A DNA stretch of 54,498 bases from an uncultured Planctomycetaceae bacterium (lineage in GTDB: Bacteria > Planctomycetota > Planctomycetia > Gemmatales > Gemmataceae). Position numbers and translations under genes: made by a program. The notes below the pieces were generated by a model. That model saw only the letters and a program-made list of their open reading frames with translations. It did not search any database and was not told the origin of the DNA. Positions within the stretch are counted from its first letter, which is position 1. Each line of letters begins with the position of its first letter. Shown piece by piece: positions 53,143-54,498 of this stretch. The stretch covers positions 1-54,498 of the forward strand of contig CAJCCR010000311.1 of assembly GCA_903960945.1 (NCBI GenBank), in the 5' to 3' direction.

Positions 53143-54498
53143 TTAGCTCAGGTTGTTCCATCTTCTGAAAAACCATTCAAGGCTTAGCCCGATTGTAAGC
53201 ACAAGAAAAAGTAAGGGGTTAAGTTTTGGGATTTCAGTATTGAAAGTAATCTGGAAAAATTTCGAAGGGATATCGGCTAGGATTTTTTCTGCATCGTTTT
53301 CAAGAACAAATTGTCCATTGCTAAGCCTTGCGGATTCAGAAAGCTGAGATGTTGCCAATCCGCCTTTTTCGATATCTTGCTGGGGGAATACTCGCCATTC
53401 AATCCGTGCATCCTGCTCACCGGGAATAGAAAACGAGAATTTTCCGACTTTATCGTGGGTAAGGTTGAGTAGATATTCTCCGGCTTTATCCGGGATTTTT
53501 TTCAACTCAATCTCTCTAGTCTTGGTTTTTGCATCGGTGTTTTCGGGTGCATCAAGCCATTCGATTTTGGCGTTTATAGTTTCTTTGCGTTCGGGCAAGA
53601 AGTTTTTATCCAAAACCCGAACAGCAATCTGCCCGCCGGTGTTTAAAAATGGATCAGGCCTATCGATGGATAATCGGATTTGTTTGATTGCTCCAACCCT
53701 AGGACCAGCAGCCCAATAAACCCATTGGCTCCAGAACCTGCCGTAAATAGCATCGCCATCGTTGTAGCGCCAACGCCAAGCTTCATCAAAACCAAACCAA
53801 GCAACCTGGCCTCTGCCGTAGGGTTGTGTAGCTAAAAGAGGCACTGGGCCAGTGGGAGTTTTTACGCTGGGGTGAACCAGCAAAGGCGTTGCACCTGGTT
53901 TAAGTTTGCTGACAGGGGCATGCCAATACATACCGGGTAAATCTTTCCAAGTACGAAAGTTGGCTTCTGGTGTTTCAGCAAGTTTCATTGCTTCTTGAAC
54001 CAAGCCATCCTTGGTTAAAAGGGGATTGAAAATCGTAGTACGTTTTTCGTTGAGAGAAACGGTGTCATAGGGGCCGGGCTCAATGGGAAGTAGATTACTC
54101 AAGGGGGAATCATTCCAACCTTGATTGTTGTATCGTTTGCCGCCTAGGATTATTAATCCACCGCCTTCTTCACAAAATTGTCTGATTCGCTCAGGGCCAT
54201 CGGGCCCAAGTTTTTCCAAAGGAATGTCGCCAAGAATAATAACATCAAAGGCGAAAAGATCTTTTCGGGTGGTTGGTATTTCCTGAAGGAATGGGTCTTT
54301 CGAAGTTAGATCGGGGTCACCCTCTAAAATCACAAATTTAGGATCAAGTGCTTTGCGTGGAGGTTTTCCGTCGCCACCTGATGATGCAGTTTCGCGGGTT
54401 AAATTCATTAAGAGGAAGCGAAGATCCCATCTGGGAGATTTATCGATCACCAAGATTTTGATTTTACGATCAATGATTTTCACAGGACGGGTCAATGA
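53143..54498 (-). CDS. GATase1-like (DUF1355/Bat-cluster) membrane protein, 5' end outside the window
   Basis: The frame is open to the window edge. DVIILGDIPLEKLG...EEGGGLIILGGKRYNNQGWNDSPLSNLLPIE is the class-I-amidotransferase-like fold seen in Bat/MoxR-associated clusters. A C-terminal TM anchor is present (LLFLVLTIGLSLEWFFRRW). Confidence 0.75.
   Translation of the reverse strand, partial: SLTRPVKIIDRKIKILVIDKSPRWDLRFLLMNLTRETASSGGDGKPPRKALDPKFVILEGDPDLTSKDPFLQEIPTTRKDLFAFDVIILGDIPLEKLGPDGPERIRQFCEEGGGLIILGGKRYNNQGWNDSPLSNLLPIEPGPYDTVSLNEKRTTIFNPLLTKDGLVQEAMKLAETPEANFRTWKDLPGMYWHAPVSKLKPGATPLLVHPSVKTPTGPVPLLATQPYGRGQVAWFGFDEAWRWRYNDGDAIYGRFWSQWVYWAAGPRVGAIKQIRLSIDRPDPFLNTGGQIAVRVLDKNFLPERKETINAKIEWLDAPENTDAKTKTREIELKKIPDKAGEYLLNLTHDKVGKFSFSIPGEQDARIEWRVFPQQDIEKGGLATSQLSESARLSNGQFVLENDAEKILADIPSKFFQITFNTEIPKLNPLLFLVLTIGLSLEWFFRRWNNLS

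Noticed and set aside
1-54498. Search by eye for tRNA/rRNA/tmRNA/RNase P motifs, CRISPR-like direct repeats, IS inverted repeats, integrase, transposase, restriction-modification or toxin-antitoxin genes
   Set aside because: None was found. All spacers are under 400 bp, T-loop-like GTTCGAA strings fall inside coding frames, and no periodic repeats were seen. The region does not look like a mobile or defence island.

Overview
This 54.5-kb window is a gene-dense chromosomal segment with about 44 CDS on both strands. I found no rRNA, tRNA, CRISPR array, transposase, integrase or other mobile-element gene.

Most genes are recognisable housekeeping functions:
- Nucleotide and amino-acid metabolism: purB, cmk, pyrK, hom.
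- Lipid and envelope synthesis: plsC, lpxA.
- Translation and RNA: prfB (with its programmed +1 frameshift), dtd, rimI, a pseudouridine synthase.
- Repair, proteolysis and glycolysis: nth, pepT, glpG, apgM.

Several families suggest a PVC/Planctomycetota-like bacterium. These are a MoxR-DUF58-DUF4129 operon, a GATase1-like/DUF4175-like/giant coiled-coil envelope cluster, a secreted prenyltransferase-like toroid protein, a DUF11 surface protein, and a Zn-ribbon-anchored caspase-like protein. This taxonomic placement is inference only.

The best candidate for an uncharacterised system is the block at 28.7-38.5 kb. It holds a Zn-ribbon/TM/caspase-like protein, a 1129-aa orphan polytopic membrane protein, a ChlI-like AAA+ ATPase followed closely by a VWA protein, and a PhyH-type dioxygenase.

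Secondary points of interest:
- An iPGM-like non-canonical homoserine kinase candidate next to hom.
- An APC permease with a roughly 113-aa coiled-coil insertion, in a dtd/permease/permease/enolase-superfamily gene string.
- The MoxR operon.
- The envelope cluster at the right edge, which is truncated by the window.

All functional calls come from motif recognition in the supplied translations. No database search was possible.
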